Position numbers and translations under genes: made by a program | Notes under the pieces: generated by a model | Databases searched by the model: none | The model's input: the letters and a program-made list of their open reading frames with translations, nothing else | What the model was told of the DNA's origin: nothing | From: Bacteroidales bacterium | GTDB lineage: Bacteria; Bacteroidota; Bacteroidia; Bacteroidales; UBA932 | Assembly: GCA_017471025.1 (NCBI GenBank) | Contig: JAFUWX010000045.1 | Span: forward strand, 11,424 to 75,423 | Length of the DNA stretch: 64,000 nucleotides | Direction of reading: 5' to 3' | Part shown: piece by piece, positions 49,662 to 60,558 of the stretch | Layout of the letters: the number at the start of each line of letters is the position of its first letter | Position numbering within the stretch: the stretch's first letter is position 1

Positions 49662-49698
49662 AAAAAAAGAGACCGGAAAAACTTCCAGTCCCTTTTTT
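49662..49698 (-). terminator. Intrinsic terminator of the ribosomal/alpha operon
   Basis: GGGACTGGAA-GTTT-TTCCGGTCTC followed by T7. Confidence 0.85.
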
Positions 49699-49711
49699 CT
49701 CTGCAAAAAGC

Positions 49712-50188
49712 TTATTCTGCCGCAGGTGCCTCTGCTGCGGGAGCCTCCGGAGCGGCCTCGGCCTTCTTGGCCCGGCTGCGGCGGGTACCCTTCTTCGCTT
49801 CCTTCTTCGGAGCGGCTGCGAGGGCGGCCTCGTTGAAGTCCACGAACTCGATGAGGGCCATCTCGGAGCCGTCACCCTGGCGGAAGCCGGTGTGCAGGAC
49901 ACGGAGATATCCGCCCGGACGGTCGGCGATCTTCGGAGCGATGACGCGGTAGAGCTCGGTGACGGCATTCTTGTCCTTCAGGTAGCTGAAGACGACACGG
50001 CGGGAATGCGTAGAGTCATCCTTTGACTTGGTCACGAGGGGCTCCAGATAGGTCTTGAGGGCCTTGGCCTTGGCCACCGTGGTGTTGATCCGCTTATGGA
50101 GAATAAGGGAAGAAGCCATGTTGGCGAGGAGGGCCTTGCGGTGTCCGCTCTTGCGTCCAAGATGATTGATAGCCTTATTGTGTCTCAT
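49712..50188 (-). CDS. rplQ: 50S ribosomal protein L17
   Basis: MRHNK..NHLGR, RPGGYLR. Confidence 0.97.
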   Translation of the reverse strand: MRHNKAINHLGRKSGHRKALLANMASSLILHKRINTTVAKAKALKTYLEPLVTKSKDDSTHSRRVVFSYLKDKNAVTELYRVIAPKIADRPGGYLRVLHTGFRQGDGSEMALIEFVDFNEAALAAAPKKEAKKGTRRSRAKKAEAAPEAPAAEAPAAE

Positions 50189-50190
50189 AA

Positions 50191-51201
50191 TTAAATTTCC
50201 TTTTTCTTCTTTTCTTCGATATTATACTTCTTGACATCCATCCCGAAGGAGAGGTGCATCTTCTCGACCAGCAGATCGATTTCGTTGAGGGACTTCCGGC
50301 CGAAGTTACGGAACTTCATCAGCTCCTGACGGGAATAGGAAACCAGGTCAGCGAAGGTATCGATATCGGCGGCTTTCAGACAGTTGTATGCCCGTACGGA
50401 CAGACCCATGTCGGAAAGCTTGGTCAGCAGGAGATGCCGCATGCGCAGCGACTCTTCGTCCAGCTCCTTGGAATCATTCTCCACCGTGCTCTCCAGGGTG
50501 ATCTTCTTGTCATCCGTGAACAGCTTGAAGTGGTAGATGAGGATGCTCGCAGCCTCCTGGATGGCCAGGTTCGGGGTAATCGAACCGTCGGTCACGATTT
50601 CCAGGTTGAGCTTCTCGTAGTCCGTCTTCTGCTCGACACGCCAGTTGTCAACCGTCCAGTTGACTTTGCGGATCGGGGTGTAGATGGCGTCCACCGGAAT
50701 GGTGCCGATGGGGGTGTTCTCGTCACGCATCTCCTCGGCGGGCACGAAGCCGCGGCCCTTGGTGATGACGAGCGTCATCTCGATTTTGACGGAAGGTTCG
50801 AGTGAGCAGATATGGAGCTCGGGATTCAGCACCTTGAAAGAAGACAATCCCTTGGAGATATCCTCTGCTGTAAACTCCTGCTTGCCGCTGACGGTGATGT
50901 TCGCGGTCTCGCTATCCACAGACTCAACCATCTGTTTGAGTCTGACCTGCTTGAGGTTCAGGATGATGTCTTGCATACCCTCGATGACGCCAGGGATCGT
51001 GTCGAACTCATCGTTGACACCGTTGATGCGGATCGAGCTGATAGCAAAACCTTCCAGAGAAGACAGGAGGATGCGGCGGAGTGCATTGCCGATGGTCTGT
51101 CCGTACCCAGGCTCAAGGGGCCTGAATTCGAAACGGCCGACGGTATCAGTGCCTTCGAGCATGATCACCTTGTCCGGTTTCTGAAATGCTAAGATTGCCA
51201 T
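50191..51201 (-). CDS. rpoA: RNA polymerase alpha subunit
   Basis: [32 protein letters not shown]. Confidence 0.98.
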   Translation of the reverse strand: MAILAFQKPDKVIMLEGTDTVGRFEFRPLEPGYGQTIGNALRRILLSSLEGFAISSIRINGVNDEFDTIPGVIEGMQDIILNLKQVRLKQMVESVDSETANITVSGKQEFTAEDISKGLSSFKVLNPELHICSLEPSVKIEMTLVITKGRGFVPAEEMRDENTPIGTIPVDAIYTPIRKVNWTVDNWRVEQKTDYEKLNLEIVTDGSITPNLAIQEAASILIYHFKLFTDDKKITLESTVENDSKELDEESLRMRHLLLTKLSDMGLSVRAYNCLKAADIDTFADLVSYSRQELMKFRNFGRKSLNEIDLLVEKMHLSFGMDVKKYNIEEKKKKEI

Positions 51202-51227
51202 ATGATTTCTTTTTAGGTGTTAATGCT

Positions 51228-51836
51228 TTAGTTCTTGGAGTAGAGGTCAACAATCAGCTGCTCGTTGATGGTCTCAGGAATCTCGGTACGGGCCGGGATG
51301 TTGAGGAACTTGCCGGTGAGCGTCTTGGCGTCGAACTCGAGCCAGGAATACTTGCTGGCGGAAGCCACGCTGTTCTGGATAACCTCAAGGCTCTTGGAAC
51401 GCTCGCGGACGGCCACGGTGTCGCCCTGCTTCACCTGTGCGGACGGGATGTTGCAAACCTCGCCGTTGAGGGTGACATGCTTGTGGAGGACGAGCTGACG
51501 GGCGGCGGCGCGGGTCGGGGCGATACCGAGGCGGTACACCACGTTGTCCAAACGGGACTCCAGGAGGATGATCAGGTTCTCACCCTTCTGACCCTGCATG
51601 CGGGAAGCACGCTCGTAGGTGTTGCGGAACTGACGCTCCAGGACACCGTACATGTATTTTACCTTCTGCTTCTCCTTCAGCTGGTTGCCATATTCGGAAG
51701 CCTTGCGGGCACGCTTGCGGGCTGCGCCATGCTGTCCCGGAGGATAATTTCTCTTTTCGAAATCCTTGTCGGCTCCGAAAATAGGCTCGCCAAACTTACG
51801 GGCTATCTTGGTACTTGGTCCAGTATATCTTGCCAT
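51228..51836 (-). CDS. rpsD: 30S ribosomal protein S4
   Basis: [20 protein letters not shown]. Confidence 0.98.
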   Translation of the reverse strand: MARYTGPSTKIARKFGEPIFGADKDFEKRNYPPGQHGAARKRARKASEYGNQLKEKQKVKYMYGVLERQFRNTYERASRMQGQKGENLIILLESRLDNVVYRLGIAPTRAAARQLVLHKHVTLNGEVCNIPSAQVKQGDTVAVRERSKSLEVIQNSVASASKYSWLEFDAKTLTGKFLNIPARTEIPETINEQLIVDLYSKN

Positions 51837-51860
51837 AGCAATTGACTTTTAAAAGGTTAA

Positions 51861-52250
51861 TTAAACTTTACGCGGGCCTTTCGGTCTGCAGCCGTTGTGC
51901 GGCATCGGGGTGACGTCGATGATCTCGACCACTTCGATTCCAGCGTTGTTGATGGTACGGATGGCGGACTCGCGGCCGGCGCCCGGACCCTTCACATAGA
52001 CTTTGACCTTGCGCAGACCGGCGTCAAAAGCGGTCTTGGAAGCATCTTCAGCAGCCATCTGGGCGGCATACGGCGTGTTCTTCTTGGAGCCACGGAAACC
52101 GCACTTGCCGGCGGAAGACCAGCTGATAACCTGGCCAATGCTGTTGGTAAGCGCAACGATGACGTTGTTGAATGTTGATGAAATATGAGCTTCACCAAGC
52201 GCGTCAACCTTAACGACTCTCTTCTTAGTTGTTGTTGTTTTCTTTGCCAT
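51861..52250 (-). CDS. rpsK: 30S ribosomal protein S11
   Basis: [20 protein letters not shown]. Confidence 0.98.
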   Translation of the reverse strand: MAKKTTTTKKRVVKVDALGEAHISSTFNNVIVALTNSIGQVISWSSAGKCGFRGSKKNTPYAAQMAAEDASKTAFDAGLRKVKVYVKGPGAGRESAIRTINNAGIEVVEIIDVTPMPHNGCRPKGPRKV

Positions 52251-52260
52251 AATTCATCAA

Positions 52261-52638
52261 TTATTTGGTTGCTTTCTTCTTGTTGGCAACGGTCTTCTTC
52301 TTACCCTTTCTCGTACGGGCGTTGTTCTTGGTGCTCTGGCCACGGACAGGGAGACCGATACGGTGACGTACGCCACGGTAGCAGCCAATGTCCATAAGGC
52401 GCTTGATGTTCATCTGAACGGTGGAGCGGAGCTCGCCTTCGATCTTGTAGTTCTCGTTGATCTCGGCACGGATCTTCGCGATCTGGTCATCATCCCACTC
52501 GTTCACCTTGGTGTCATAATCGATACCGCACACTTCGAGGATCTTTCTCGCAGAGGAGCGGCCGATTCCGAAGATGTAGGTCAGACCTATCTCTCCGCGT
52601 TTGTTGTTCGGTAAATCAACACCGGCTATTCTTGCCAT
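52261..52638 (-). CDS. rpsM: 30S ribosomal protein S13
   Basis: [27 protein letters not shown]. Confidence 0.98.
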   Translation of the reverse strand: MARIAGVDLPNNKRGEIGLTYIFGIGRSSARKILEVCGIDYDTKVNEWDDDQIAKIRAEINENYKIEGELRSTVQMNIKRLMDIGCYRGVRHRIGLPVRGQSTKNNARTRKGKKKTVANKKKATK

Positions 52639-52670
52639 AACTTTATCTTACTTTATTGTTTTACAATTGA

Positions 52671-52787
52671 TTATCCCTGGCGCATCTTGAACTTGGGGTT
52701 CTTCTTGCAAATCACGTAGAGATGGCCTTTACGGCGTACGATCTTGCAATCTTCGCTGCGCTTCTTGATGGATGTCTTGACTTTCAT
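52671..52787 (-). CDS. rpmJ: 50S ribosomal protein L36
   Basis: Manual translation [38 protein letters not shown]. Confidence 0.96.
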   Translation of the reverse strand: MKVKTSIKKRSEDCKIVRRKGHLYVICKKNPKFKMRQG

Positions 52788-52800
52788 AATGCTGAAAATT

Positions 52801-53019
52801 TTATTTGTATCTGAAGGATATTCTTCCCTTGCTCAAATCATAAGGAGACATTTCCACCCGGACTTTGTCCCCGAGGAGGATGTGGATGAAATTCTGCCGC
52901 ATCTTACCGGAGATATGGGCCAGGATGACATGGCCGTTCTGCAGTTCGACTTTGAACATCGCGTTGGGGAGCGTCTCAATGATGACTCCGTCCTGTTCGA
53001 TTGCTGATTGTTTTGACAT
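52801..53019 (-). CDS. infA: Translation initiation factor IF-1
   Basis: [18 protein letters not shown]. Confidence 0.98.
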   Translation of the reverse strand: MSKQSAIEQDGVIIETLPNAMFKVELQNGHVILAHISGKMRQNFIHILLGDKVRVEMSPYDLSKGRISFRYK

Positions 53020-53031
53020 GCAAATATCTGC

Positions 53032-53829
53032 TTAAAAATGAATACTCGGGTCCTTCTCGATATAATCAAAGGTAGAAAGCTGCTCAGCCTGTCCGTGACG
53101 GACAACAACCGTCAGTTCGTAATGCGCTGCATTCCTGTGGTCTGCCGTGTGTACCGCCCAACCGTTTTTTGCAAGGTACACCCCCCGCGTTCCCGCGGTG
53201 ATCATAGGTTCGATGCAGATCGTCATTCCGTCAACGAGCCTACTGCCGTGGCCCTGACGCCCGTAGTTCGGGACGCCCGGATCCTCATGCATGTCCCGGC
53301 CGATACCGTGGCCTTCCAGCTCACGTACCACTCCGAAACCAAAAGACTCGGCGTACGATTGTACCGCGTGTCCGATGTCGCCGACCCGGCCTCCCGCGAC
53401 GGCCGCTGCGATGCCCCGGTAAAGGGACTCCTTGGTGACATCCAAGAGCTTCCGGGTCTCAGCAGACACTTCCCCAACCGGGAAAGTGTATGCTGAATCA
53501 CCGTTATAGCCCTTGTAAATGGTGCCAAGGTCGATGGAGACAATGTCTCCCTCCTTGAGGACGTAGTCGGACGGAAAACCGTGGACCACGACATCGTTCA
53601 CAGAGGCACAGATCGATGCAGGAAAACCGTCATAACCCAAGAAATTCGGAACAGCACCGTGATCCCGGATAAAAGTCTCAGCCACCCTATCCAACGTTTT
53701 CGTTGTCACACCAGGGGCGACATGCTTGCCGACTTCCGCCAGTGTCTTGGACACCAGCTCTCCGTTGATTCGCAGGAGTTCAATCTCTTCTTCGGTTTTC
53801 GGCCTCGTCATCTTTCTGAAGATTATCAC
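53032..53829 (-). CDS. map: Type I methionine aminopeptidase
   Basis: SVNDVVVHG, DIVSIDLG, GHGIG, IEPMI; start may be ATG 53811. Confidence 0.96.
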   Translation of the reverse strand: MIIFRKMTRPKTEEEIELLRINGELVSKTLAEVGKHVAPGVTTKTLDRVAETFIRDHGAVPNFLGYDGFPASICASVNDVVVHGFPSDYVLKEGDIVSIDLGTIYKGYNGDSAYTFPVGEVSAETRKLLDVTKESLYRGIAAAVAGGRVGDIGHAVQSYAESFGFGVVRELEGHGIGRDMHEDPGVPNYGRQGHGSRLVDGMTICIEPMITAGTRGVYLAKNGWAVHTADHRNAAHYELTVVVRHGQAEQLSTFDYIEKDPSIHF

Positions 53830-53834
53830 AAAAA

Positions 53835-55172
53835 TTACATTCCTGAGCGCCCGGTCAGACGTCCGGTCTTCATCAGACCGTCATAGTGACGCATGAGCAG
53901 GTAGCTCTCAATCTGCTGGAGCGTATCCAGGATAACACCCACAAGGATCAGCAGCGAGGTACCGCCGTAGAAACTTGCGAACGAGTTGCCGACACCCAGC
54001 CGCATCGCAATCGCAGGAAGGATGGCGATGATGGCGAGGAAGATGGAGCCCGGGAGGGTCACCTTCGACATGATGGAGTCGAGGTACTCGACGGTCTTCT
54101 TGCCCGGCTTGACGCCCGGGATGAATCCACCGTTCTTCTTCATATCTTCGGCGATCATGGTCGGGTTGACGGTGACGGCCGTATAGAAATAGGTGAAGAC
54201 GACGACGAGGATGCCGAAGACCAGGTTATACCAGAATCCGGTGTAATTGCTCATCACGGCCGCGAAGCCACGGGTAGCGTCCCAACGTCCGAAGAAGAGC
54301 GGAATCATCATCAGCGCCTGGGCGAAGATGATCGGCATGACGCCGGCCGCATTGATCTTCATCGGGAGGTAGTTGCGGACACCGCCGTACTGCTTGTTGC
54401 CGATAACACGCTTGGCATACTGCACGGGAACCCGGCGGACACCCTGCGTGAGGGCGATGGCAGCGACGAACACGAGGAACAGGAACACGAACTCGACCAC
54501 GAGGATGAGCAGACCGCCGTTGGTGGTGGTCAGCTTCTCACCGACCTCGGCGATGAGGGCGAATGGGAGACGGGCGACGATACCGATCATGATGATCAGG
54601 GAAATACCGTTGCCGATACCCCGGTCCGTAATCCGCTCGCCGAGCCACATCACGAACATCGAACCAGCCATCAGGATGAGGGTGGTTACGAGGTTGTAAG
54701 CGAAGTTGCTCCAGCCCAGCTGATTGACGGCCACGAAAGCCGAAGAGGGGATCTGGTTGTGAACCTGCGCCATGTAGGCGGGGCACTGGACAGCCAGGAT
54801 CGCTACGGTGAGGTAGCGGGTCAACTGGTTGATTTTCCGACGGCCGCTCTCGCCTTCCATCTGCAGCTTGCGGAAGTAAGGCACGAACATGCCGAGGAGT
54901 TGGACCACGATGGATGCGGAGATGTACGGCATCACACCGAGCGCGAAGATGGAGGCGTTACCGAAAGCACCACCGGAGAACATGTTGAGGAGGCCCACAA
55001 GACCTTCCTGCGAACTGCTCTGGAGCCCGGCCAGGAGGTTGGCATCAATGCCCGGAAGCACGATGAAACATCCCAGACGGTAAACGAGTACCAAGAGGAA
55101 GGTATAACCCAACCTCTTGCGTAACTCCTCGATCTTGAAGATGTTCTGAATTGTTTCGATAAACTTCTTCAT
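53835..55172 (-). CDS. secY: Preprotein translocase SecY
   Basis: SIFALGVMPYISASI, GIGNGISLII, GGTSLLILVGV. Confidence 0.98.
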   Translation of the reverse strand: MKKFIETIQNIFKIEELRKRLGYTFLLVLVYRLGCFIVLPGIDANLLAGLQSSSQEGLVGLLNMFSGGAFGNASIFALGVMPYISASIVVQLLGMFVPYFRKLQMEGESGRRKINQLTRYLTVAILAVQCPAYMAQVHNQIPSSAFVAVNQLGWSNFAYNLVTTLILMAGSMFVMWLGERITDRGIGNGISLIIMIGIVARLPFALIAEVGEKLTTTNGGLLILVVEFVFLFLVFVAAIALTQGVRRVPVQYAKRVIGNKQYGGVRNYLPMKINAAGVMPIIFAQALMMIPLFFGRWDATRGFAAVMSNYTGFWYNLVFGILVVVFTYFYTAVTVNPTMIAEDMKKNGGFIPGVKPGKKTVEYLDSIMSKVTLPGSIFLAIIAILPAIAMRLGVGNSFASFYGGTSLLILVGVILDTLQQIESYLLMRHYDGLMKTGRLTGRSGM

Positions 55173-55181
55173 TGCACTATG

Positions 55182-55628
55182 TTAAAGTGTTGTAGCCTTG
55201 CCGCCAGCGGCCTCGATCTTGGCAATCGCGGTCTTGGAGAATGCGTGGGCTGTTACTTCTACCTTCGTGGTGATCTCACCGTTTCCGAGCACCTTCACGA
55301 GGTCGTTCTTGGAAACGAGACCCGCCTCGATCAGGGTATCAGGGGTGATGGCGGAGACACCGAACCTCTCGGCCAGCTCCTGGAGCTTGGAGACGTTCAC
55401 GGCCTGGTATTCCACACGCGTAGGGTTCTTGAAACCGAACTTCGGAAGGGTACGCTGGATAGGCATCTGACCACCTTCGAAACCGATCTTGTGGGAATAG
55501 CCTGCACGGGCCTGGGCACCCTTGGTACCACGGGTGGCGGTACCGCCTTTGCCGGAACCCTGTCCGCGACCGACTCTCTTGGAATTCTTGGTTGCACCCT
55601 TTGCAGGTGCGAGATTATTCAATTTCAT
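55182..55628 (-). CDS. rplO: 50S ribosomal protein L15
   Basis: RVGRGQGSGKG, GFEGGQMP. Confidence 0.97.
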   Translation of the reverse strand: MKLNNLAPAKGATKNSKRVGRGQGSGKGGTATRGTKGAQARAGYSHKIGFEGGQMPIQRTLPKFGFKNPTRVEYQAVNVSKLQELAERFGVSAITPDTLIEAGLVSKNDLVKVLGNGEITTKVEVTAHAFSKTAIAKIEAAGGKATTL

Positions 55629-55645
55629 CTGTTGTCCTCCCAAAA

Positions 55646-55825
55646 TTAGATTTCTTCAACTTTCACGAGGTGACGGACTTTCTCGAGCATACCGGTGGTT
55701 ACGGGATTCTTCTCGACCTCGACGGTCTGATGCATCCGGCGGATACCAAGGGAACGGAGGTTGGCGATCTGACGCCTGGTCTCACCATTCTTGCTGATGA
55801 CCTGGGTAATTCTGTACTTTGCCAT
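55646..55825 (-). CDS. rpmD: 50S ribosomal protein L30
   Basis: Manual translation MAKYRITQVISKNG...GMLEKVRHLVKVEEI; position between rpsE and rplO. Confidence 0.95.
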   Translation of the reverse strand: MAKYRITQVISKNGETRRQIANLRSLGIRRMHQTVEVEKNPVTTGMLEKVRHLVKVEEI

Positions 55826-55841
55826 AATTCTGTCTCCTTAA

Positions 55842-56360
55842 TTATCCGTTAAACACCTTGCTCATCGGGACACCGCGCAGACCGGCCACCGTATAGGCGT
55901 CGCGCATCTGGGTGAGCGCCTCGACCGTAGCCTTCACGAGGTTGTGCGGGTTGGAAGAACCCTTGGACTTCGCGAGCACGTTCTGCACACCGACGGACTC
56001 GAACACAGCACGCATAGCGCCACCGGCCTTCACACCGGTACCGGGGGCTGCCGGCATCATAAAGACCTCGGCGCCGCCGAACTTGGCGACCTGCTCGTGC
56101 GGAATCGTTCCGTTGATCACAGGGATCTTCACGAGATTCTTCTTGGCATCCTCGATACCTTTCTGGATGGCGGCGGTAACTTCGTTCGCCTTGCCAAGAC
56201 CATAGCCTACCACACCGTTTTCGTCACCGACGACAACGATGGCGGCGAAGCGGAAGTGACGACCACCTTTGGTCACCTTGGTGACCCTGTTGATGGCGAC
56301 CAGTCTGTCCTTGAGCTCAAGGTCAGAGGTTTTGACTCTTTTTACGTTTGTATTTGCCAT
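55842..56360 (-). CDS. rpsE: 30S ribosomal protein S5
   Basis: [12 protein letters not shown]. Confidence 0.98.
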   Translation of the reverse strand: MANTNVKRVKTSDLELKDRLVAINRVTKVTKGGRHFRFAAIVVVGDENGVVGYGLGKANEVTAAIQKGIEDAKKNLVKIPVINGTIPHEQVAKFGGAEVFMMPAAPGTGVKAGGAMRAVFESVGVQNVLAKSKGSSNPHNLVKATVEALTQMRDAYTVAGLRGVPMSKVFNG

Positions 56361-56368
56361 AGTCCTGC

Positions 56369-56731
56369 TTAGAATTTAAGACCGCCTTCACGAGCGGCGT
56401 CTGCCAAACTTTTCACTCTGCCGTGATACAGATATCCGCCACGGTCGAAAGCGACCTCGTTGATGCCCTTCGCAATGGCACGCTCGGCGATAGCCTTGCC
56501 CACGATGGCAGCGGCGTCGATACCGTTTTTGCCCTTGCACTCAGCGGCAAGAATCTTGTCATTGGAAGCGGCGGCAACCAGGGTCGTACCCAGTTCGTCG
56601 TTGATTACCTGCGCGTAGATCTGCTTGTTGCTTCTGAAGACAACGAGACGGGGACGCTCGGCAGTGCCATTGACATGCTTGCGGATACGGTAGTGTATCC
56701 TCTTTCTTCTTTCAATTTTATTCAATGCCAT
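56369..56731 (-). CDS. rplR: 50S ribosomal protein L18
   Basis: [23 protein letters not shown]. Confidence 0.98.
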   Translation of the reverse strand: MALNKIERRKRIHYRIRKHVNGTAERPRLVVFRSNKQIYAQVINDELGTTLVAAASNDKILAAECKGKNGIDAAAIVGKAIAERAIAKGINEVAFDRGGYLYHGRVKSLADAAREGGLKF

Positions 56732-56747
56732 AGTTCATTCCTCCTAA

Positions 56748-57308
56748 TTATTTAGCGGACGCTGTCTTACCGGCCTTGCGACGGAGCTGCTCACCGACGA
56801 ACTTGATACCCTTACCCTTATACGGTTCAGGCTTGCGGAGTGAACGGATCTTGGCGCACACCTGGCCAAGAAGCTGCTTGTCATAGCTGCGGAGGATCAG
56901 AACCGGGTTCTCACCCTTCTTCACCTGGGCGGCTTCTGCCTTGATTTCGGCGGGAAGCATCAGCTGGATGTCATGTGAATAACCAAGTGCGAAGGTCAGG
57001 AGCTGTCCCTGAACATCTACACGGTAACCGACACCGACGAGTTCCTGTTTTTTCTCGAATCCTTCTGAAACACCGACTACCATGTTGTGGACGAGTGCGC
57101 GGTACAGACCGTGCATCGAGCGGTGTCTCGGGCTGTCAGTAGGACGTGTGAACTTGATTTCGTTTCCCTCAATGGTGATGGTGATATCCTTGTCAACCTT
57201 CTGGCTGAGCTCACCGAGAGGTCCTTTCACCTTCACCACGTTGCCGGGGAGCACCTCAACGCTCACCTTGGCCGGAAGGTTTACAGGCAATTTACCAATT
57301 CGTGACAT
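56748..57308 (-). CDS. rplF: 50S ribosomal protein L6
   Basis: MSRIGKLP, PEPYKGKGI. Confidence 0.98.
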   Translation of the reverse strand: MSRIGKLPVNLPAKVSVEVLPGNVVKVKGPLGELSQKVDKDITITIEGNEIKFTRPTDSPRHRSMHGLYRALVHNMVVGVSEGFEKKQELVGVGYRVDVQGQLLTFALGYSHDIQLMLPAEIKAEAAQVKKGENPVLILRSYDKQLLGQVCAKIRSLRKPEPYKGKGIKFVGEQLRRKAGKTASAK

Positions 57309-57326
57309 TTCTACTCTTCTTTAAGA

Positions 57327-57722
57327 TTAATAAACATAGCAAATAACCTCGCCGCCGACGTTCAGCTCACGGGCCTGCTTGTCGGTGACGACACCCTTGG
57401 ACGTGGTCAGGATGGCGATGCCGAGGCCGTTGAGCACGCGCGGCATGTCCTTCACGTCAACATACTTCCGCAGACCGGGTTTGGAAATACGGTCGATGCC
57501 CTTGATGGCGGCGACTTTGGTCTGAGGATGGTACTTCAGAGCGATTTTGATTGTGTTGGCAGGCTGTCCCTCGACCACCTTGTAGCTTAGGATGTAGCCC
57601 TGCTCGCAAAGGATCTTCGTGATCGCGACCTTCAGGTTGGAGGAAGGGATCTCGACGACCTTCTTACCGGCACGGTAAGCATTGCGAATCCTGGTCAGAT
57701 AATCTGCAATTGGATCAGTCAT
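57327..57722 (-). CDS. rpsH: 30S ribosomal protein S8
   Basis: MTDPIADYLTRIRN, SKPGLR. Confidence 0.98.
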   Translation of the reverse strand: MTDPIADYLTRIRNAYRAGKKVVEIPSSNLKVAITKILCEQGYILSYKVVEGQPANTIKIALKYHPQTKVAAIKGIDRISKPGLRKYVDVKDMPRVLNGLGIAILTTSKGVVTDKQARELNVGGEVICYVY

Positions 57723-57829
57723 TTTTTCTGTCTTTTAAGGACCGGCGCTGGGTTGCGCCCGATATCCGATTGTTAATAAATAATTATGATAAAGCCCCTT
57801 ACGCCTATTTTGACATAAGGGAACCTATA

Positions 57830-58099
57830 TTACCAGCTAGCCTTCTTGACGCCCGGGATGAGACCGTTGGAAGCCATCTCACGGAACTGGATACGGCTCA
57901 GGCCAAAGGCACGCATATATCCCTTCGGACGACCGGTGAGGGAGCAACGGTTGTGCAGACGGACCGGTGAAGCATTCTTCGGGAGCTTGTCCAGGGCGGC
58001 CCAGTCGCCAGCCTCTTTCAGCGCCTTTCTCTTCTCGGCATACTTTGCAACTAATTTCGCGCGCTTGACCTCGCGGGCTTTCATTGATTCTTTTGCCAT
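57830..58099 (-). CDS. rpsN: 30S ribosomal protein S14 (89-aa, no CxxC zinc ribbon)
   Basis: [26 protein letters not shown]. Confidence 0.98.
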   Translation of the reverse strand: MAKESMKAREVKRAKLVAKYAEKRKALKEAGDWAALDKLPKNASPVRLHNRCSLTGRPKGYMRAFGLSRIQFREMASNGLIPGVKKASW

Positions 58100-58111
58100 T
58101 GTATAACTCTT

Positions 58112-58711
58112 TTAGTTGTTATGTTTCTTGAAAGGCAGGCCGAAAGCCTTGAGGAGAGCGTAAGCTTCCTCGTCGGTCTTTGCCGTGGTCACGAAAGTGA
58201 CCTCGAGGCCGTGGATTTTCGGGTTCTTGTCCATATCAATCTCCGGGAAGATGATCTGCTCCTTGAGACCGAGGGTGTAGTTGCCCTGTCCGTCCATCTT
58301 TTCGGCGATACCGTTGAAGTCGCGGATACGCGGGAGGGAGACGCGGATGAGGCGCTCGAGGAACTCGTACATCTTGACATTGCGCAGGGTGACTTTCGCA
58401 CCGATGGGCATGCCCTTACGGAGTTTGAAGTTGGAGATATCCTTGCGGGAGGAGGTGATGACAGCCTTCTGGCCCACGATGATGGCGAGCTCTTCGGCTG
58501 CCTCTTCCACCAGTTTCTTGTCCTGTGTAGCGTCGCCGACACCCTGGTTGATGGTGATCTTGACGAGCTTCGGAACCTGCATCACGGTGGTGTAAGAGAA
58601 CTGCTTCATCAGCGCAGGAACGATTTCTTCCCGATAGACCTTCTTGAGGGTAGGGACATAACCTGCGGGCAGGGCCTGTACTTCGACAGGGGCGTTTTTC
58701 TTCTTTGCCAT
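58112..58711 (-). CDS. rplE: 50S ribosomal protein L5
   Basis: [20 protein letters not shown]; start ATG 58711. Confidence 0.97.
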   Translation of the reverse strand: MAKKKNAPVEVQALPAGYVPTLKKVYREEIVPALMKQFSYTTVMQVPKLVKITINQGVGDATQDKKLVEEAAEELAIIVGQKAVITSSRKDISNFKLRKGMPIGAKVTLRNVKMYEFLERLIRVSLPRIRDFNGIAEKMDGQGNYTLGLKEQIIFPEIDMDKNPKIHGLEVTFVTTAKTDEEAYALLKAFGLPFKKHNN

Positions 58712-58712
58712 A

Positions 58713-59030
58713 TTACTTGATCTCCTCTCCAGATTTTTTAGCATAACGTATCTTCTTGCCGTCCTCGAACTTGTAACCGACGCGGGTAGGCTTGTTGCTG
58801 GCCGGGTCGATGAGCTGGACGTTGGATACGTGGATACCGGCTTCCTGCTTGATGATACCGCCCTGAGGGGCCTTGGCATTCGGCTTGGTATGCTTGCTGA
58901 CCATATTAATACCTTCGACGACCACGCGGTCCTTGTCGCGGATCACCTCGAGAACCTTACCGGTTTTGCCTTTGTCATTGCCGGCATTCACATAGACGGT
59001 GTCGCCTTTCTTAATGTGTAACTTTTTCAT
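58713..59030 (-). CDS. rplX: 50S ribosomal protein L24
   Basis: IKKGDTV..AGNDKGK, IHVSNV. Confidence 0.98.
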   Translation of the reverse strand: MKKLHIKKGDTVYVNAGNDKGKTGKVLEVIRDKDRVVVEGINMVSKHTKPNAKAPQGGIIKQEAGIHVSNVQLIDPASNKPTRVGYKFEDGKKIRYAKKSGEEIK

Positions 59031-59042
59031 ATTCCTGACAAA

Positions 59043-59408
59043 TTAAAGGACCTCCGGGGCCAGTGAAACGACCTTCATATAGTTCTCGCGAAGTTCGCGG
59101 GCGACGGGTCCGAAAATACGGGTGCCGCGGAGTTCGCCGGCGTTGTTCAGAAGAACACAGGCATTGTCGTCGAAACGGATATAGGAACCATCCGCGCGGC
59201 GGATTTCCTTCTTGGTGCGTACCACGACAGCTTTCGATACCGAGCCTTTCTTGGCGTCACCGCCGGGAATGGCACTCTTGACAGCTACGACGATCTTGTC
59301 ACCGACAGTAGCATAACGGTGGTGGGTACCACCCAGGACACGGATGCAGAGCACTTCCTTGGCGCCGCTGTTGTCCGCTACCTGTAAACGTGTTTCCTGC
59401 TGTATCAT
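59043..59408 (-). CDS. rplN: 50S ribosomal protein L14
   Basis: [22 protein letters not shown]. Confidence 0.98.
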   Translation of the reverse strand: MIQQETRLQVADNSGAKEVLCIRVLGGTHHRYATVGDKIVVAVKSAIPGGDAKKGSVSKAVVVRTKKEIRRADGSYIRFDDNACVLLNNAGELRGTRIFGPVARELRENYMKVVSLAPEVL

Positions 59409-59411
59409 CTC

Positions 59412-59666
59412 TTACTTGACTTTTTCTACGATTCTGACTAATCTCCACCTCTTGGTCTTGCTGAGCGGACGGGTCTCCATAATGAGAACGGTATCGCCCT
59501 CATCGCACTCGTTCTTCTCATCCTGTGCCACGAACTTGGTGGTCTTATTTACGAACTTGCCGTAAATGGGGTGTTTCTCCTTGGATTCGACAGCAACGAC
59601 GATCGTCTTGTCCATCTTGTTGCTGACCACAACACCGATTCTTTCTTTACGAAGATTTCTTTCCAT
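59412..59666 (-). CDS. rpsQ: 30S ribosomal protein S17
   Basis: [20 protein letters not shown]. Confidence 0.98.
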   Translation of the reverse strand: MERNLRKERIGVVVSNKMDKTIVVAVESKEKHPIYGKFVNKTTKFVAQDEKNECDEGDTVLIMETRPLSKTKRWRLVRIVEKVK

Positions 59667-59678
59667 GGGGATGAAATA

Positions 59679-59876
59679 TTAGTTCTGTTCTTTCTCTTTC
59701 TCGGCGAGAACGGTCATCATTCTGGCGATGTCGGTCCGGGCCTTCTTAAACTTGGAGGTGTCCTCCAGCGGAGAAATGGCATGGTTGATCCGCATGGAAT
59801 CAAGGTTGGCCTTTTCTACTGCAATCCGGTCGCGCAGGTCTGCTACGGACATTTCGCGTACTTCAGATATTTACAT
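59679..59876 (-). pseudogene. rpmC: 50S ribosomal protein L29 with in-frame TAA at codon 2 (real nonsense allele or base-call error)
   Basis: Reads ATG TAA ATA TCT GAA GTA CGC GAA ATG...: M*ISEVREMSVADLRDRI...HAISPLEDTSKFKKARTDIARMMT. Confidence 0.85.
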
Positions 59877-59893
59877 GATTCTCTACCCTTTAA

Positions 59894-60313
<420 letters not shown>

Positions 60314-60402
60314 TGCTGTATTACTTTTAAAAATATTCGCAAAAATCCCTAAATAGTTGAGAATCAGCTGGTTGGGCGAACTTCTCCTCATTTTCGGGAT
60401 TG

Positions 60403-60432
60403 CAAAGGTACGAATTTTTTTTGAATCTACAA
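60403..60432 (-). promoter_or_regulatory. Sigma-A promoter directly upstream of rplP
   Basis: TTG-N19-TACCTTTG (-33/-7) in an AT-rich region, about 90 nt above the rplP ATG. Confidence 0.75.
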
Positions 60433-60558
60433 CAATTTTCAAAAAATATTTCAACTATTTTGACACAGAAATTTGATAGCTATCGCAGCTATTTTCAGGC
60501 ACTTACATCGTATGTGAAAAAATTTTTCCGCGAATTTTCGACAAGACATTCGCCCCGC

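Noticed and set aside
49712-49830. Ala/Lys/Glu-rich tail of L17
   Set aside because: A common Bacteroidota low-complexity extension, not a repeat element
52671-58099. Zinc-ribbon-deficient L36 and S14 as a novelty
   Set aside because: These forms are usual for Bacteroidota
59871-59873. Stop-codon reassignment as the explanation for the rpmC TAA
   Set aside because: TAA terminates many neighbouring genes normally and I saw no other gene with an internal stop
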